A stretch of DNA of 64,000 nt, taken from assembly GCA_043228905.1 (NCBI GenBank), contig JBHGNT010000008.1:8680001-8744000 (forward strand). The letters run 5' to 3'. The stretch comes from Azolla caroliniana (lineage: Eukaryota; Plantae; Polypodiophyta). The notes below the pieces were generated by a model. The model was not told where the DNA came from and ran no database searches. It saw nothing but the letters and a program-made list of their open reading frames with translations. Positions within the stretch are counted from its first letter, which is position 1, and each line of letters begins with the position of its first letter. Shown in pieces: positions 35,229 through 48,196 of the stretch. The position numbers were made by a program, and so were the translations under genes.

Positions 35229-35513
35229 CTAGACTCGAACCCATAACCTTTTGTTACACGGGTCGAGACTTTACCATTAGGTTATGAATTGTAATTTGAA
35301 GGATATTATTTTCATTTAGGTTTTATTGGAAATTGATGTATATTCCAGATTTCTCTGGAACATTCTAGAAACTTCAGGAGTATTCCTGAAGACACTATAA
35401 AAGGAGGCGCAAGGCATTAGTTCGAACCAAATCGGTTCAACGCCAGTCTTAAGCCTTCTAACTACTGTTGTATATCTTCCTTCATATAATACATATATCT
35501 TTCGCATCATCTC

Positions 35514-35559
<46 letters not shown>

Positions 35560-38070
35560 ACTCATTCCTTCTCTCAAAGTTCGACTCCTCTCATAGTACT
35601 AATCCTTCTCTGTCTTAGTACTATTCCCCAACAATAGTACTAATCCTTCTTTTAGTACTAATTCCTTCTCTGCCTTAATAGAGTTCCTGACAGTACCTAT
35701 ATTCTACTCACACATGTGCACCGTTGCACATGTGTTGTATATATACCTCATTGTGGGTATTTTTGTATTTGATGATGCTAATTTAATATAGAGTTAATCA
35801 TCCCCCATCTTGTGTTGCTCATAAGTGTAATTCTCTCTCTCTTCCTCTCACACACATATCACTTAATCTTTCGCTTAACTTAAACACATAATTAGGTACT
35901 AGTTAACCTTTGCTTAATTACCTAATTCTTAACATGGTATCAGAGAGTGTGGTTTAGCACATCCACTAAGCCCATCCACCTCTTCGTAATTGTGTGTTTG
36001 AAACGCCGACGACAAATTCCAGTTATACACTACCATAGTGCCGCTACGTAGCACGAGTACGTGATTGAGGGAAGGAAATCGAAAAAGGAAGATACTACAT
36101 CAAAATGAACACACAAATGGGTAGCTCGCTCCCTAGTGGAAAACTAGACCAAACCAATTATTCAACTTGGGAGTACAAGATGACCCAATACCTCATTGGC
36201 CAAGGGTATTGGAGCTACATCAACAACGCACAAGAACATCGACCCGACCTGAAAAATGCCGACTACGCAACATGGGAGCAAGCAGCGAGTCGAGTCATGT
36301 ATTGCTTGGCAACATGTGTCGACGATCACATGCTTAGCCACATTCGAGACGCCAAGTCACCTAAAGAGGCGTGGGGGAACTTGAAGAAGATGTTCGTCGC
36401 CAACGCAACCGCCCGAAAGCTTCAACTCCGACAAGAGTTGAACAACATTCTGCAAAACGACATGTCTGCGTCAAACTACACCGCCAAAATCAAGACCATT
36501 TGTGACTTGCTTGGTTCCATCAAAATAAATTTCAATGAAGACGAGATGGTTCAAGTATGCTTGGGCGGCCTCACACAACGATTCGATCCATTACGGACGG
36601 CAATCTTGGTGAGAGAAAACCCTCCTTCATTCTTCGACCTCCAATCAATGTTATTGGTCAAAGAGAACCACGTCCGAACCAAGACGAAGAAGTCAGAAGT
36701 AAAAATGTTCTCCTCAAGTTTGGACGGTGGCCGAGGACGAGGTCATGGCGGATGAGGTCACAACGGTAGAAGAGGTCAATTCGGTCCATCACACAAAGGG
36801 AACTCAAACCTTCACGGAAGCCATCGAGGAACCTTCGGAAGAAGGGGGAGCTTTCATGCTGAACAAGGTCGGCAAATGAGGCCTGCAACTTGCAAACTAT
36901 TGCAGAAAAATCAGCCACCGCGAGGAGGAGTGCCGAAAAAAAAGAAGCGAATTGGCTCCGACAAGTCGACAACTCACGAATTACGCCACCAACTCCGAAT
37001 ACGACGACTACAGCGGACTATTCGTAATGATGCATAGAGTGAACTCTATGTTGGCCTCGGACTCTGCAAGCACCTCCAATTCGGAAGACGTGTGGTTCAT
37101 CGATTCCGGCGCCTCACATCACATGACATCCCACAAAGAGTGGTTCAATCATTTGCGTACGCCACACATCCCATTCGGCACATCGGCAACGTTCCATTCG
37201 GCAACGACGACAAGAACAATTGCATCAAGAATGTCTTGCACGTGCCTACGATAACGAAGAATTTGGTCTCAGTACACCAAATCGTGGAGCAAGGAATGGA
37301 AGTTGTGCTTCAACAATGAAGGTTGTTTAATTGAGAAAGATGGCCGACTCATAGCCAAGGGACGGAGAGATGGTCGCATGTTCATCCTTGATTCGAATGA
37401 GGTGAAATGGGCCATTTATTCCAAAGGCCTCAAAACCGAGACAAGCATCGAGTTGTGGCACAAGAGAATCGACCACATAAACCTCCAACGGCTCCGAGCT
37501 ATGCAATCAAAGGGAGTCGTCATCAGACTTCCGAAATTCAAGTCGAAACGAGTTGATCGATTGTGCGAAGCATGCCAACTTGGCAAACAAAATCAACTTT
37601 CATTCCCGAAGGAGAGCTCCGCAAGAAAAGGCCTCCTCAGATGTATGGGAACCAGCTCAAACGTCGACGATCGGCAGATGCCAATACTACATCACCTTCA
37701 TCGACGACTAATCCCGTTACACGTGGATCTTTCCGATGAAGAAGAAAAGCAAAGTGCTCTCCCACTTCCAAAAACTCAAGGGCCAAGACGAAAAAGAAAC
37801 TGATCAGCACATTCGATGCCTATGATTAGACGGAGGAAAGGAGTACTTCTCCGATGAATTCGCCTCATACCTCCAAAGTGAAGACATTCGGAGAGAATTC
37901 TCATGCCGACACACACCCCAACAAAATGGAGACGCCGAAACAAAGAATCGGCACATACTCGAGGTAGCACACGCCATGATGCATGAGAAGCACATGCCGA
38001 ACTTCTATTGGGCCGAAGAGGCATCCACAGCCGTCTATCTCATGAACCAATGCACCACTAATGGATTGCA

Positions 38071-39898
38071 TGTATTTAGAGACAAGCTCAACATTGGGAG
38101 CATAAATGGGTGCATAACCCAGTGCCTAGACTGGATGCGTAAAACCGTGTGCAAAATATGTCTATAGCAATATGTAAACCGAGAATCTGTTAGAATGTTA
38201 TTACTTGTAAGGAATAATTTTGGGTGTAAGTGTAGGATGCTCATTTATGAGTAGTCAGGTACTGTAAGTACTTGTGTCAGACCAATCATCAGGGCTTGTA
38301 TAAAAGGTGCTCACTAAGCACCAAGTATGTACAGAGAATATTCAGAGAATTATTTTTTAATATAGTTATGTTTCTGCTCTCTCTCTCTCCCTCTCCTTCT
38401 CTATGATTTCTGTGTTTTATCTATCTGTCGTAATTCCAAACTATGTACTCTTTTGCATGGTATCAGAGTGCGAGGGTTGAAACTCCTCTGCAACTGACAA
38501 AAAAGCTTGCGATAAAGACAGAGTTAAGTTATTGTTTTTTATCGGAAAGGATAAGACAGCAGTATGGACAAAGGAATGGGAAGCTCGCTACCGACTGAGA
38601 AGCTCGACAGGAGCAACAATGCATCTTGGCCATACAAGATGCACCAGTATCTACTTGGTCATGGTTACTAGAGTTATGTCGATGGAGCTAATGATGCAGC
38701 ACCTGAATCGACACACAGAGATTTTCCGGCTTGGGACCAAGCGGCAAGCAGAGCTCTTTACTGCTTCGCATCCTATGTCAGCGACCAGCTCTTGAGCTAC
38801 ATTCGGGATGCTAAGACACCAAAGGACGCGTGAGTGAATCTCAAGAGGATTCTCGCCGCTAGCACAACGACTAGGAAGCTGCAGCTCAAGTAGGAGCTCA
38901 ACAATGTCTGACAGAAAGATCTATTTGTGGCTGATTACACAGCCCGAATCAAGGAGATTTGCGACTCTCTCGCCTCCATCAACGTAAACGTTGAGGAGGA
39001 CGAAATGGTGCAGGTGTGTCTTGCTTGGTTAGCATCAAAGTTCGGAGCGTTTCAGACGGTGGTCTGCACAAGGGAGATTACGCCTTTGTTCTTCGAGCTT
39101 CAGTCGTTGCTTGTGGAGGAAAATCACGCGGGTGCGTCTACAAGTACGCACGCCGACGGTGGGATGTTGTACACGGAGGAAGATAGGCCCTGTGGTCATG
39201 GTGGACGAGGAGGATCAGCGCACAGTGGAGGCAGCCGAAAAGAGCAGAACGTGTGGCATAATCGAAATGCCGGAAGCAGGGGGAGTCATAGTGGCGTCGA
39301 AAGTCGGCAAGAGAAGGTCGCGACAAAATGCTGGTATTGTGGCAAGAAAGGCCACAAGAAGAGCGAGTGTTGGAAGAAGAGAGCTGATTCGAACAAAGCT
39401 GAATAAAGCAGAAGAGACACAGGAAGGCATCAAAAATCACACTACGCCAAAGGCTCCGAATGAGCTGGAAATGGATCGGGCCCAACGTTCATAATGAAGC
39501 ACAAGGCCAATTCGATGGCCGTGAACACCTCGAAATCGAGTGAGGTGTGGTATGTTGATTCTAGAGTGTCAAATCATATGACGAGTCATGAGGAATGGTT
39601 CTCATATTTGGAGAAACTGGAAAAGCAAGGAGTGGTCGAAACGTGAGACAACACTCCGCATACCATCGAACATGTCGGAGAAGTTCCTCTCAACCATGTC
39701 GGGCAGAAAGGGAAACTTACGAACGTGTTGCATGTCCCGATAATAACCAAGAACCTGGTGTCGATCGGTAAGATCATCGACCAAGGGATGCAAGTTCGAT
39801 TCACGTGAGGAAGACCAAGTTATCGTGCAAGGGCGCCGTGAAGGGAGGATATTCATCCTCGACACCAATCAAGCCGAAACCATGTTGTTCGCAAAAGG
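38071..39898 (+). mobile_element. Ty1/copia element I (relative of C), degenerate 5' part
   Basis: LTR ~38071-38457 shares AGAGACAAGCTCAACAT with the C LTR; PBS at 38458; gag/PR remnants; cut at MLFAKG by J. Confidence 0.85.
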
Positions 39899-39918
39899 TG
39901 TCATAGACAGGATGCCAC

Positions 39919-39990
39919 ATGGAATGGTGGGGGTTGAACCCATGACCTTCTAGTCTTATTGGGCAACCTTACCAATTGAGCTACATCCAT
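39919..39990 (-). other. tRNA-like module at the start of the J LTR (antisense)
   Basis: ATGGATG-TAGCTCAATTGGTAAGG...AGGTC-ATGGG-TTCAACC-CCCAC-CATTCCAT: A box, T-arm and a bulged acceptor-like stem. Confidence 0.7.
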
Positions 39991-42900
39991 CTACGCATCA
40001 TTGTATTGTGCAAGACTCAACTTATTTCATTATAGATTGATCACTAGAACTTTCAAGAACCTTCTAGAGAATGCATCTTCATGCACTCTCTAGAAGTCTT
40101 CTAGCTTTCGTGCATACCTCCACATTCTTGTATAAATACTGGGGTGCACCTTGATTACATTCAAGGTGAACAACACCAGTTACGAAAGCATATACATTTC
40201 TTGTTTATTTGTCTATCCTCTCTCTTGCTCATTCTCTTGTCTATGCTCTCTCTCCCGCTATCTCTTAATATTGAGCCTCTTCTACTTGTCCTTAACAATC
40301 TTGTGATCTTGCTTATGCTCTCGCTCTCTCTTAGTACTTAGCCTCATTCCACCTGTTCGTGACAGTTTTATTCACCTACCCATTTTCTAAGCCTCAACAT
40401 GTCGGATCTTACCGAGAGAATAAATCACCTCATGGAAGCCATGCATCAACTTCAACTTGAGAATGACAACCTTTGGGAATCATTACGGAAGCTTCAAGTT
40501 GGAACACCGATGGAACTCGAAGAAAAAAACAACTCTCCTCCTACATCAACAAATATTCTACCTATAGAGCCTGGTTCCTCATCTATGCTTTCTCTTACTC
40601 CTTCCCATCCCACTACAAGTTTGGAGCCCAATATTAGTTTACCTAACAAGTTCAATGGCACGAGGAAGCACTTCTGAGGGTTCATAAATCAGATCAAGCT
40701 TATTATCCAACTACAACCTCAACGGTATACGGGTGATTTTCATCAAGTTGGTCTCATCGGGACCCTTCTGTCCAGAGCTGCACAAGCCTGGTTTGCACCG
40801 TTGGTCGAAACTTCATCACCACTTCTACAAAATTTTCTTGCCTTTTTGGCAAAGTTTGAGACAACATTTGGGGATATGGACCGACGCCGAACTGCCATCA
40901 CCAAACTCTATTCATTACATCAAGGTATGCATCCGGTATCCGTTTATGCCTCTAAATTTAGACAATTAGCATGTGATGTTCAATGGGATGGCCAAGCTCT
41001 CTGCGACCATTTTCGTTGGGGCCTTCGAAGCGAGATTAAAAATTTACTACTCAACTTTCCGGAGCCTACGTCATTGTCGCAAGCAGTTAGTTGTGACAAT
41101 CGGTTGTTTGAGCTTCGTCAAGAGGAACAAGAAACTTCAAGGTGGAAACCCTCTTCGAGATCTTCTCCATCGTCATCATATGATGACCCTGTGTCGATGG
41201 AAATTGATCGAGCTCGCACCCCGCCACTCATCGAGGGTGAACGGAGGTATCGCCGAACCAACGGACTATGTTTATATTGTGGTGCATCCACCCATCTCAT
41301 TCATTTTGCCCAATCAAGAATAATCAATGACAAATATCTACAAACAATACGACAAGACGGCCCCAACAACGGGAAAACGACGATGTCCAACTACAGTAGG
41401 AGCCATGTGGTTGGACAATCCGCATTCATGTCGCTCCCATAGTTCGGCTACATCGATAGAAGATTTCTCCTTTCCGGTAAGCATCCATTTCAAATCGATT
41501 TCAATTAGATCCTTAGCACTTCTAGATTCTGGGGCAACAATGTGTTTTATGGACAAAATGCTCGTTCTTAAACACAAATTCCCAGTTGTCCGATGTCCAA
41601 GCCAATCCAGTGGAGCAGTCACCGGAGCCACTGTCCCACTTATCTTACAGCTCAAGGACCACCAGGAGACCTTAATGTTTTATGTTATCACTTCATCATG
41701 ACATCCAGTCATCCTCGGTTTGTCTTGGCTTAAGGCACAAAATCCACTTGTTGATTGGTGCAATCACTCAATTACTTTCTACCAAACCAGCTCGGAGGTG
41801 CAAGCAATATCTCATGTTGTTGCATGCGCTCACCTTCCCATTAATGCAGGAATCAACTCCAAAGCGGATGCTCACATCCCAGTCACAACAAGGAAAATAG
41901 TGCATAGTGCCTCATCGAGCAATCCAATGAGGACAACTATTGACTCACTACCATCCAAGTATGAAGACTTCAAGGACGTATTTGAGAAAAAGAATGTTGA
42001 TCACTTGCTTGAGCATCGACGCTATGACTGTCTGATCGATCTGCAGGAAGGTGCCAGTCCTCCCTTTGGCCCAATTTATGGGTTGTCGGAACCAGAACTC
42101 CAGGCACTCCGAACATATCTCAACGAGAACCTTGAAAAGGGTTTTATTCAACCCTCAAAATCACCAACAGGAGCTCCTATTTTGTTCGTGAAAAAGAAAG
42201 ATGGATCTGTACGCCTCTGCGTCGACTATCGGGGTCTAAACAAGATTACTATTCACAACCGCTACCCACTGCCTCTCATCCCAGAGCTATTGGATCGACT
42301 CCGGACTGGGAAGATCTTCTACAAGATTGACCTACGAGTAGCATACAATCTAGTACGGATCAAACCTGGAGATGAATGGAAAACCGCCTTTAGAACGCAC
42401 TATGGACATTTCGAGTATAAGGTAATGCCCTTCGGCCTCACTAATGCTCCTGCAGTATTTCAGCATATGATGAATGACATATTCCGAGAATATCTAGATC
42501 ACTTTGTTGTGATCTATCTAGATGATATCTTGGTCTTCTCTTCGAACATCAAGGAGCATACTCGACATGTCAGGTTAATCCTCACCAAACTTCGCAAGCA
42601 CAGACTCTATGCTAAAACTGAAAAATGTGAATTTGATCGTACTTCTGTAGGGTTTCTTGGGTATGTCATTTCGACACAGGGAATCACAATGGACACACAG
42701 AAAGTCAAGACTATCCAAGAGTGCGTTGTCCCAACTCGGGTACGAGATGTGCAACCATTCCTTGGTTTTGCCAATTTTTATCGTCGCTTCATCAAAGAAT
42801 TCTCAGTGATCGCACAACCTCTCATTTCTCTTACCCGCAAGGATGCTACTTTCGAATGGACAACAGATGCCCAAAACGCGTATGACTTGCTTGTTACCGC

Positions 42901-43377
42901 TTAGGAACACGGTCTGCGGTCAGTCCTTCGACCTAGACCTCCAAGTGGTTGTCGAACAACGAATAGGTGTCTATGCGTAATGCGTAGGGGAATGTTCCCT
43001 GTAACCTATCAGCGTATAAGGGAGACGGCTACAAACGACTCCTTAGCAATGGTTACACTTATGTTCTTACATGCTCAAGTATTCCAGACATACAGTAGAT
43101 TAGTTGTAGCTATACACAGACTTTCAAAGAAGATAGAATTCTTATTATGATACGTTCCTTTACATTCCAAAATTACACACACCTCTATCAGAGGTTTTCT
43201 ACCCTTTATATATGCATGGTCTATTTAGCCATTCACGCTTCCTGCGTGAACCGTTACATGCGTTATATGATCTTATATTATTTCTTATTCCTACGCTCTT
43301 GTCCGTCGGTTACTATTCCGGCGGACAACACCTGGCACGCCTGTGGGACAGTGCCCTGGCACGTCGGACCCATCCCG

Positions 43378-45964
43378 TTAATCTTCTTCCAAAATGGCCC
43401 GGATGTTTGGCTCTGTTGTGGTGTCCACGTCTGGAGGCGACATAGGGCCCGTAGGTGCATCATGGTGGGGCTCCCCTATTTGGTCGGAATGGTTTCTCCC
43501 AGTGTCGCAGTCGTCGTGTGTGGTCGGTTCGGGTACGGTGGGCTCTTCTTGAGCTAGTGGGTTGGGCTCCGCCGTCGTTGTGCTTGCGGTCGGTCGCGGC
43601 TCTGTCTCAATCGTTACTTCCTCCGTAGTGTCGGCCATCTTTGTACGTTCCAGGGACTGGGGCTGCGATTCCGCCTAGCCCACACCGTTCTCCGTGTGGT
43701 CCGATGATAGCGTGGGCTCGTGCAGATGAACCTCCTCTTGGGTAGTGGTTTCATTTTCTGGTACTATGGGGGACTCCGCTCGTCGGTCCACGTTGTTCAC
43801 CGTCGTTGTAATTTCTGGTGATCTGGCCTGAGGTTCCTGTTCTTCGGTCGTGCCCGGAATTGGCGTCGCGCAGGATTCCTCATTTGTTCACGTGTTGCCG
43901 GTTTGTGTGATCTGGTGAAATAGCTCCTCCTGGCTTTCACCAAAATCGTCTAAGAGTTGCGCGAGTTCTTCGGAGTGTTGGTCCGCTAGCGCACGATAGT
44001 CTTGCGCTAGGTCCTCTCGTACTGCCGCAATGCTCTTGTCATTTAGTTTATAGAAACCTCGGCCATCTTTTCGCCGATTCTCCCAGTCCGCACGATACGC
44101 GTGCAATTCCGTTGCCTGGGTTGCCCACGCCATCCATCCTTTGTCCAGCACCGTTTTCAATTGCGTTGTGAACCTCTCCCAATTTGTTTGGAGAAGGATA
44201 CGCACGTTTTCTGTGATGGCCTGGCAACAGTTGCGTGCATCCTCCATTGACTTCTAGAGGTTTGCAATTTCTTGTTGTTTAACCACCGCCGCTTCTTCGT
44301 ACGTGGCCTTCAGGCCCGCCCATAACTGGGATTCCTTTGCATGTTGTTCTTCTAATTTCCCCATTTCATTGTTTAGGCGGATTTCGAGTTGATGCCTTCT
44401 TTCCTTTTCGACCACTAGTTGCTCGTTGAACCATACCTTCTTTTTCTCTAATAAGGCCCGAAGTCCTACGATTGCCGCCTCCGATTTCTTCGCTTCATCC
44501 TGTAATTGGGTGTTTTCGTCTTTTGTCCGGATGTACTGAGCTACCTCCGTAGCAAGTTTGTCTTCAAGGATTTTTACTGCCTTCTGGTCGTTAGCCCATA
44601 TCTCCATTTCTCTGTCTGAGGATTGGCGCAGTTCAGCTCGAAGGCGGTCAATTTCTGATTCCACAAGTTGCACGGCCCTTTTTGCTTTCGAGGCGATGGC
44701 GGTCTGAGCCTCAATTTCTTCCTTCAAAGAGTCGATGGCGTGGTTTGGTGGCGGAGTTGTGTGTTGCGCCGTAGTCGCGTTAGCTTCCAACTCCGCGATG
44801 CGTTTGTTGGCTTTTTGCAGTTCGGCTTGGGTCATTTTCACCTTCTTCCAGACATTCTTATTTTTAATGGCCATCTCCTTGGCGCCCGGCTGACCTTTGC
44901 CAGTTCCCTATGGATTTCGACTAGGTCCGTATTTAATGGGGGTAGCTCCATCCCTACTCGGCGTACCCCGGCGTTCCTCTATCTGCTGACCCTGGCTAGC
45001 CAGTCCTCAACGTCGCTCTCCGTCGTTTGTGTCAAGGCGCGCTCGATCATCTGGCACTCTGCGTGCTCCTCGGCCATTCATTGGGAGACTTTTATCTATT
45101 GTGTTGCCAGGAATTCCATGATCTCAAAAAAGGTTCCGAATTGTAAGAGGGCGCTGAACTCATGGGTCGTATCCAGGATATCTGGATATGCCAACTCATG
45201 GGTCGTAATGATCGGTCGTGGCTCTTGGATGATTTTGAAAGTGGTATTGTGCTCCGTAGCTGTGGAGCCATCGCCGTCAGTCGTTGTTTCTACCACCGTG
45301 GGGACGTCTTTGACCAATCCCCACCCATCTTTCCTGTCCAATCTACATCGTTTTGGTCTAGGGCTATCCTGCCATGTTTCGGTGTCGGGCTCTGGGGTTG
45401 CTGCCACGGAACGTGTCGGCTGTTCCTCTTGCGTTGCCCGTGTGTTTGGCTAGGCGGGAGGTGTTGTCCGCGTGTCTGGCTGGGCGGGTCGGAGGAGGAG
45501 TATGGCCCGAAATATCGTTGCAGTGCCTCTACAAGAGGGATTTCGAAATGCCTTTCGCCTAGGGAGGACAGGTCCAACTTTTTCTGGATGGAAGAGTTGG
45601 TGACCGTGTCGATGTTCAGTTTCCTAGCGATGTCCATGGCATCCGGGTGTGGGGGTGCCTCTGCGACCCGGATGTACCCGTCCAGGCGTTTCTCCACGAG
45701 CCATCAACGTAAGGCAGTAGAGATGAAGATCAGCATCGCCAGAGTAGGTTCGTGGGAAGGAGACTGGTGGTTGCGGTGGGTTGAAGCTCTGTGATAGGAT
45801 GGAGGAGAAGGTGAGGGGGAGCGATGGGAGCGCTGATAGTTAGAAGGTGGGTTTCTGTTTTGTGCAGAAGATCTTCTATTTCCTTCTTTTTGTGGCTTAG
45901 GGTTCATTGGGCGGTGAGCCATCGTGGTGCCGCGTGTTCTTGAACTAGGAGTCTGTGCATGCAT
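43378..45964 (-). pseudogene. Extra sense-strand ORF 3' of integrase in K; coiled-coil-rich, unknown function
   Basis: Collinear ORF pieces (45704-45964, 45290-45697, 45096-45407, 44254-44874, 43888-44247, 43378-43638) with heptad-like E/K/Q/L/A composition. Confidence 0.65.
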
Positions 45965-45996
45965 TTAGTCCTTTTAATAGTCGCTATCTTCTCCTC

Positions 45997-46036
45997 TTCT
46001 TCTTCTTCTTCTTCTTCTTCTTCTTCTTCTTCTTCT
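45997..46036. repeat. (TTC)n microsatellite
   Basis: Direct reading. Confidence 0.9.
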
Positions 46037-48196
46037 TTTTCTTTTTTTCGTAACGGTTATATACAGCCTATTTTTACATTATGGTACAAGTGGGGCCGCC
46101 TATTTACGCCGCGGGTTCTCCGGCTTTGTCCTGTTTGGCGGTGAATGGGTTAGGTGGCGTAGAGCCCAGGCAAGGTTTAAGGCGAAACCCATTCACCTTT
46201 TGTCGTACTACTTCCCCGGCCAGCGTACCTAGTTGGAATGTGCCCTATTCCGCTCCAATTATCTAGTATGGGCCGGTCCAGCGGAAGCCTAACTTCCCTG
46301 GCATATGGCATGCGGGTTTGGAAAACCAGCACCGCCCGACCGACGGCGAACTCCTTTTCTCTTGCGTTCCGATGTCGATCCACAAACGCTTTACGCCGTC
46401 GTTGTTCCTGCTCCAACACAGCCATGTTGTGTATGCGTTTTTCCCCAAGTTCAAGTAGCTGGTGGAGCCATACCTCCTCCGACTTGGCTTTCGATAGTCA
46501 GTCCCATACCTGAATTCGCAAACTGGGTACCTAAAATTCGACTGGCATCACAGCCTCCAGCCCAAACGCTAGTCGAAATGGTTTTGACTGTATGCTTGTT
46601 TTGTAGCTAGTTCTATACGCCCATAACGCACTCTGTAATTTGGTATCCCGGTCCGTTCTATTTTCATTGACGATTTTCTTCAAGATGGTCTACAACGTCT
46701 TGTTGGTGGATTCCGCTAACCCATTCGCTTGTGGATAATATGGTGTACTCTTTTTATGGACTACGGCATAATTATTTGTTAGTTCCCAAACCACCGTATT
46801 GAGAAAGTGACTCCCTTGGTCACTGATGAGCTCGATCGGACAGCCGAACCGGCACCATATGTGCTCGTAAAGGAATCTGGCTGTGACGGTTGTTGTATTT
46901 TCACGTAGTGCCTTTGCTTCTACCCACTTGGTGCAATAATCCGTAACTACCAATATGTATTTATTGCCCATACGGGCTGCCGCCGGTGTGAAGGGGCCCA
47001 CAAAATCCAATCCCCACTTTTGGAAGGGGTCTAGCGGTAATACGGGTTGGTGTGGCATCCTTGCGCCCTCCGCGGGCTGGCCCATCCGTTGACACAAATC
47101 ACACTTTCTACAATATTCGGATGCGTCCTTTTGCGTTGTTGGCAACCATAAGCCCGCCTACCATACTTTCTAGGCTGTAACATCGCCTGCGTAATGGCCA
47201 CCTGCCGTGCCGCAGTGCGCCTCCCGTAAAACTGCTTCCTTCTCATCCTGACGTACCCCACGTTGCCAAATGTCGTCACTTCCTTTGTGATATAAAACTC
47301 CTTCTATGAGGCAGAAGTGACGGCTTCGAACGGCTAGTTGTTTCTTCTCGTCCATGCGTAATTGTGCTGGAGGCAGTCCCATAGTCAAAAAGTACGTCAT
47401 TTCCATAAGCCACCGGTCCGGAAAGGTCGATTCCGTTCTTTCTGCTAGTGCTGCTACCCGCAGGATGTCGGCGTCCGGAAAATCGTCGTCATCTTTCTGT
47501 ACTATTTCTTCATTCTCAAGTCTGCTCAAAAAATCTACCACTGTGTGTTGCGCCCCTGGTCGGTGCTGGATTACGAAATCGAATTCTTGGAGCAGCAGCA
47601 TCCATCGCGCTAATTTCCCTGTCAAGGCTTGTGTCTCCACCAAATACAGCAGCGCCGAATGATCCACGTGGAACGTGAATTTCCTCCCTAGTAAATAATG
47701 CCGGAATTTATTAATGCTATAGATCATCCCTAGCGCCTCCCGCTCCATTGTGGAATAATTACGCTCTGCTGTTGATAATTTACGACTAGCGTAGTACACT
47801 AGCCGGTACCAGTTTGGTTCGATGAGCTGCATTAGTGCACTTGGGTGAAAGCATGCGAGTGGAAACAATTAGCTATGTCCTTGACATAGCTAATTAGCTA
47901 TGCAAAAAGCTACCATTGATAAATAGTCATTTTAGTAAAAAGCCATCATTAATAAATTAAGTATGCAAAAAACTACCATTGAAAATACTACAGTGTTTTA
48001 ATTACATATGTAAATGAATGCCATAAATGTGCAACATAAATTGATGTGTGCACCATAAATGTGTACCATAAATTATATATCGAATTCCTAGGTCCATTAT
48101 GCATGATCCTTTGCCACATCACGTAGGCCATCTCTAGTTGAGTACTGTGGGTTAGTTGCTACCACTGTTGCTAAACCCTATCGAGTCCACCTGCCA

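Larger units (their letters stand above)
29926..35692 (+). mobile_element. Apparently intact chromoviral Ty3/gypsy element H (Tcn1-like)
   Basis: LTRs 29926-30403 and 35221-35692 differ visibly only in the (CT)n tract; TSD GTACC at 29921-29925 and 35693-35697; intact gag and pol; PPT 35208-35220. Confidence 0.97.
29733..38070 (+). mobile_element. Ty1/copia element G, truncated; its 5' LTR (29733-29925 + 35698-35934) is split by chromovirus H
   Basis: TGTTGG start, ...AACA then PBS TGGTATCAGAG at 35935; gag from 36105, WFIDSGAS, integrase remnants to ~38070. Confidence 0.85.

Noticed and set aside
39919-39990. Functional tRNA gene
   Set aside because: The anticodon stem does not pair and the acceptor stem is bulged; kept only as a tRNA-like module (same for 9036-9107 and 29928-29992).
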